DNA of 48,956 nucleotides from Octopus bimaculoides. Its lineage: Eukaryota. The translations under genes were made by a program, and so were the position numbers. The notes under the pieces are model-generated. The model did not search any database and was not told where the DNA came from. It worked only from the letters and a program-made list of their open reading frames with translations. The stretch spans positions 11,452,495-11,501,450 of the forward strand of contig NC_069000.1 of NCBI RefSeq assembly GCF_001194135.2. Direction: 5' to 3'. Positions 48,584 to 48,956 of the stretch are shown in pieces (position 1 is the first letter of the stretch; each line of letters opens with the position of its first letter).

Positions 48584-48908
48584 AAAAAAATATGGCAAAT
48601 TAATCATATATTAATTAATATCGATTAATTACCAGGAAGCTAGCACATTTAAAGATTCTTTAAATATATATATATATAAAATGTTATAAAGATATAAAAT
48701 ATGTATGCTTATGTAAGTGTGTGTGTATGTGTTCGTGTGTACGTGAGGGTGCGTGAGTTCTGCAGTGTATATTGCGTATATATACATAAATAATACAATA
48801 ATATGCATGTACAGTATGTATATATAAATGTCTCTATGCATGTAAATGCATGTAAATACACGCACCTATATATCACTTATATATTAAATATATATATATG
48901 AGCATATA

Positions 48909-48956
<48 letters not shown>

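Noticed and set aside
1-48956. Long ORFs in the six-frame track (CV/YI/HT/poly-I/poly-D/poly-X)
   Set aside because: They are translations of microsatellites or N-gaps, with no domain content or codon structure.

Overview
AT-rich eukaryotic (animal) non-coding DNA from a gapped scaffold, with 16 N-gaps totalling roughly 7.7 kb, most flanked by microsatellites. I can support no intact host protein-coding gene, rRNA, true tRNA or CRISPR array. Almost all ORFs in the supplied track are translations of microsatellites or gaps. The microsatellite load and SINE families resemble, from memory, a coleoid cephalopod (Octopus-like) genome; this is inference and was not searched. Contents: (i) many tRNA-headed SINE copies from at least four families, including a four-copy tandem cluster; (ii) two TA-flanked MITEs; (iii) decayed fragments of a Helitron Pif1-like helicase, a Penelope-like GIY-YIG endonuclease, RTE LINEs, an R4/Dong-like restriction-like-endonuclease LINE, and a probable LTR with polypurine tract. 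The most notable signal is a set of type I hammerhead-ribozyme (HHR) folds. One has a fully intact catalytic core and an unusually long stem II (11276-11402). A second, sequence-divergent copy has the same architecture (23036-23122). A minimal relic lies just downstream of the GIY-YIG fragment (32537-32575), and a two-copy family has a non-canonical core (941-968 and 16856-16888). All alignments and folds were done by eye, so boundaries are approximate unless pairings are given explicitly.
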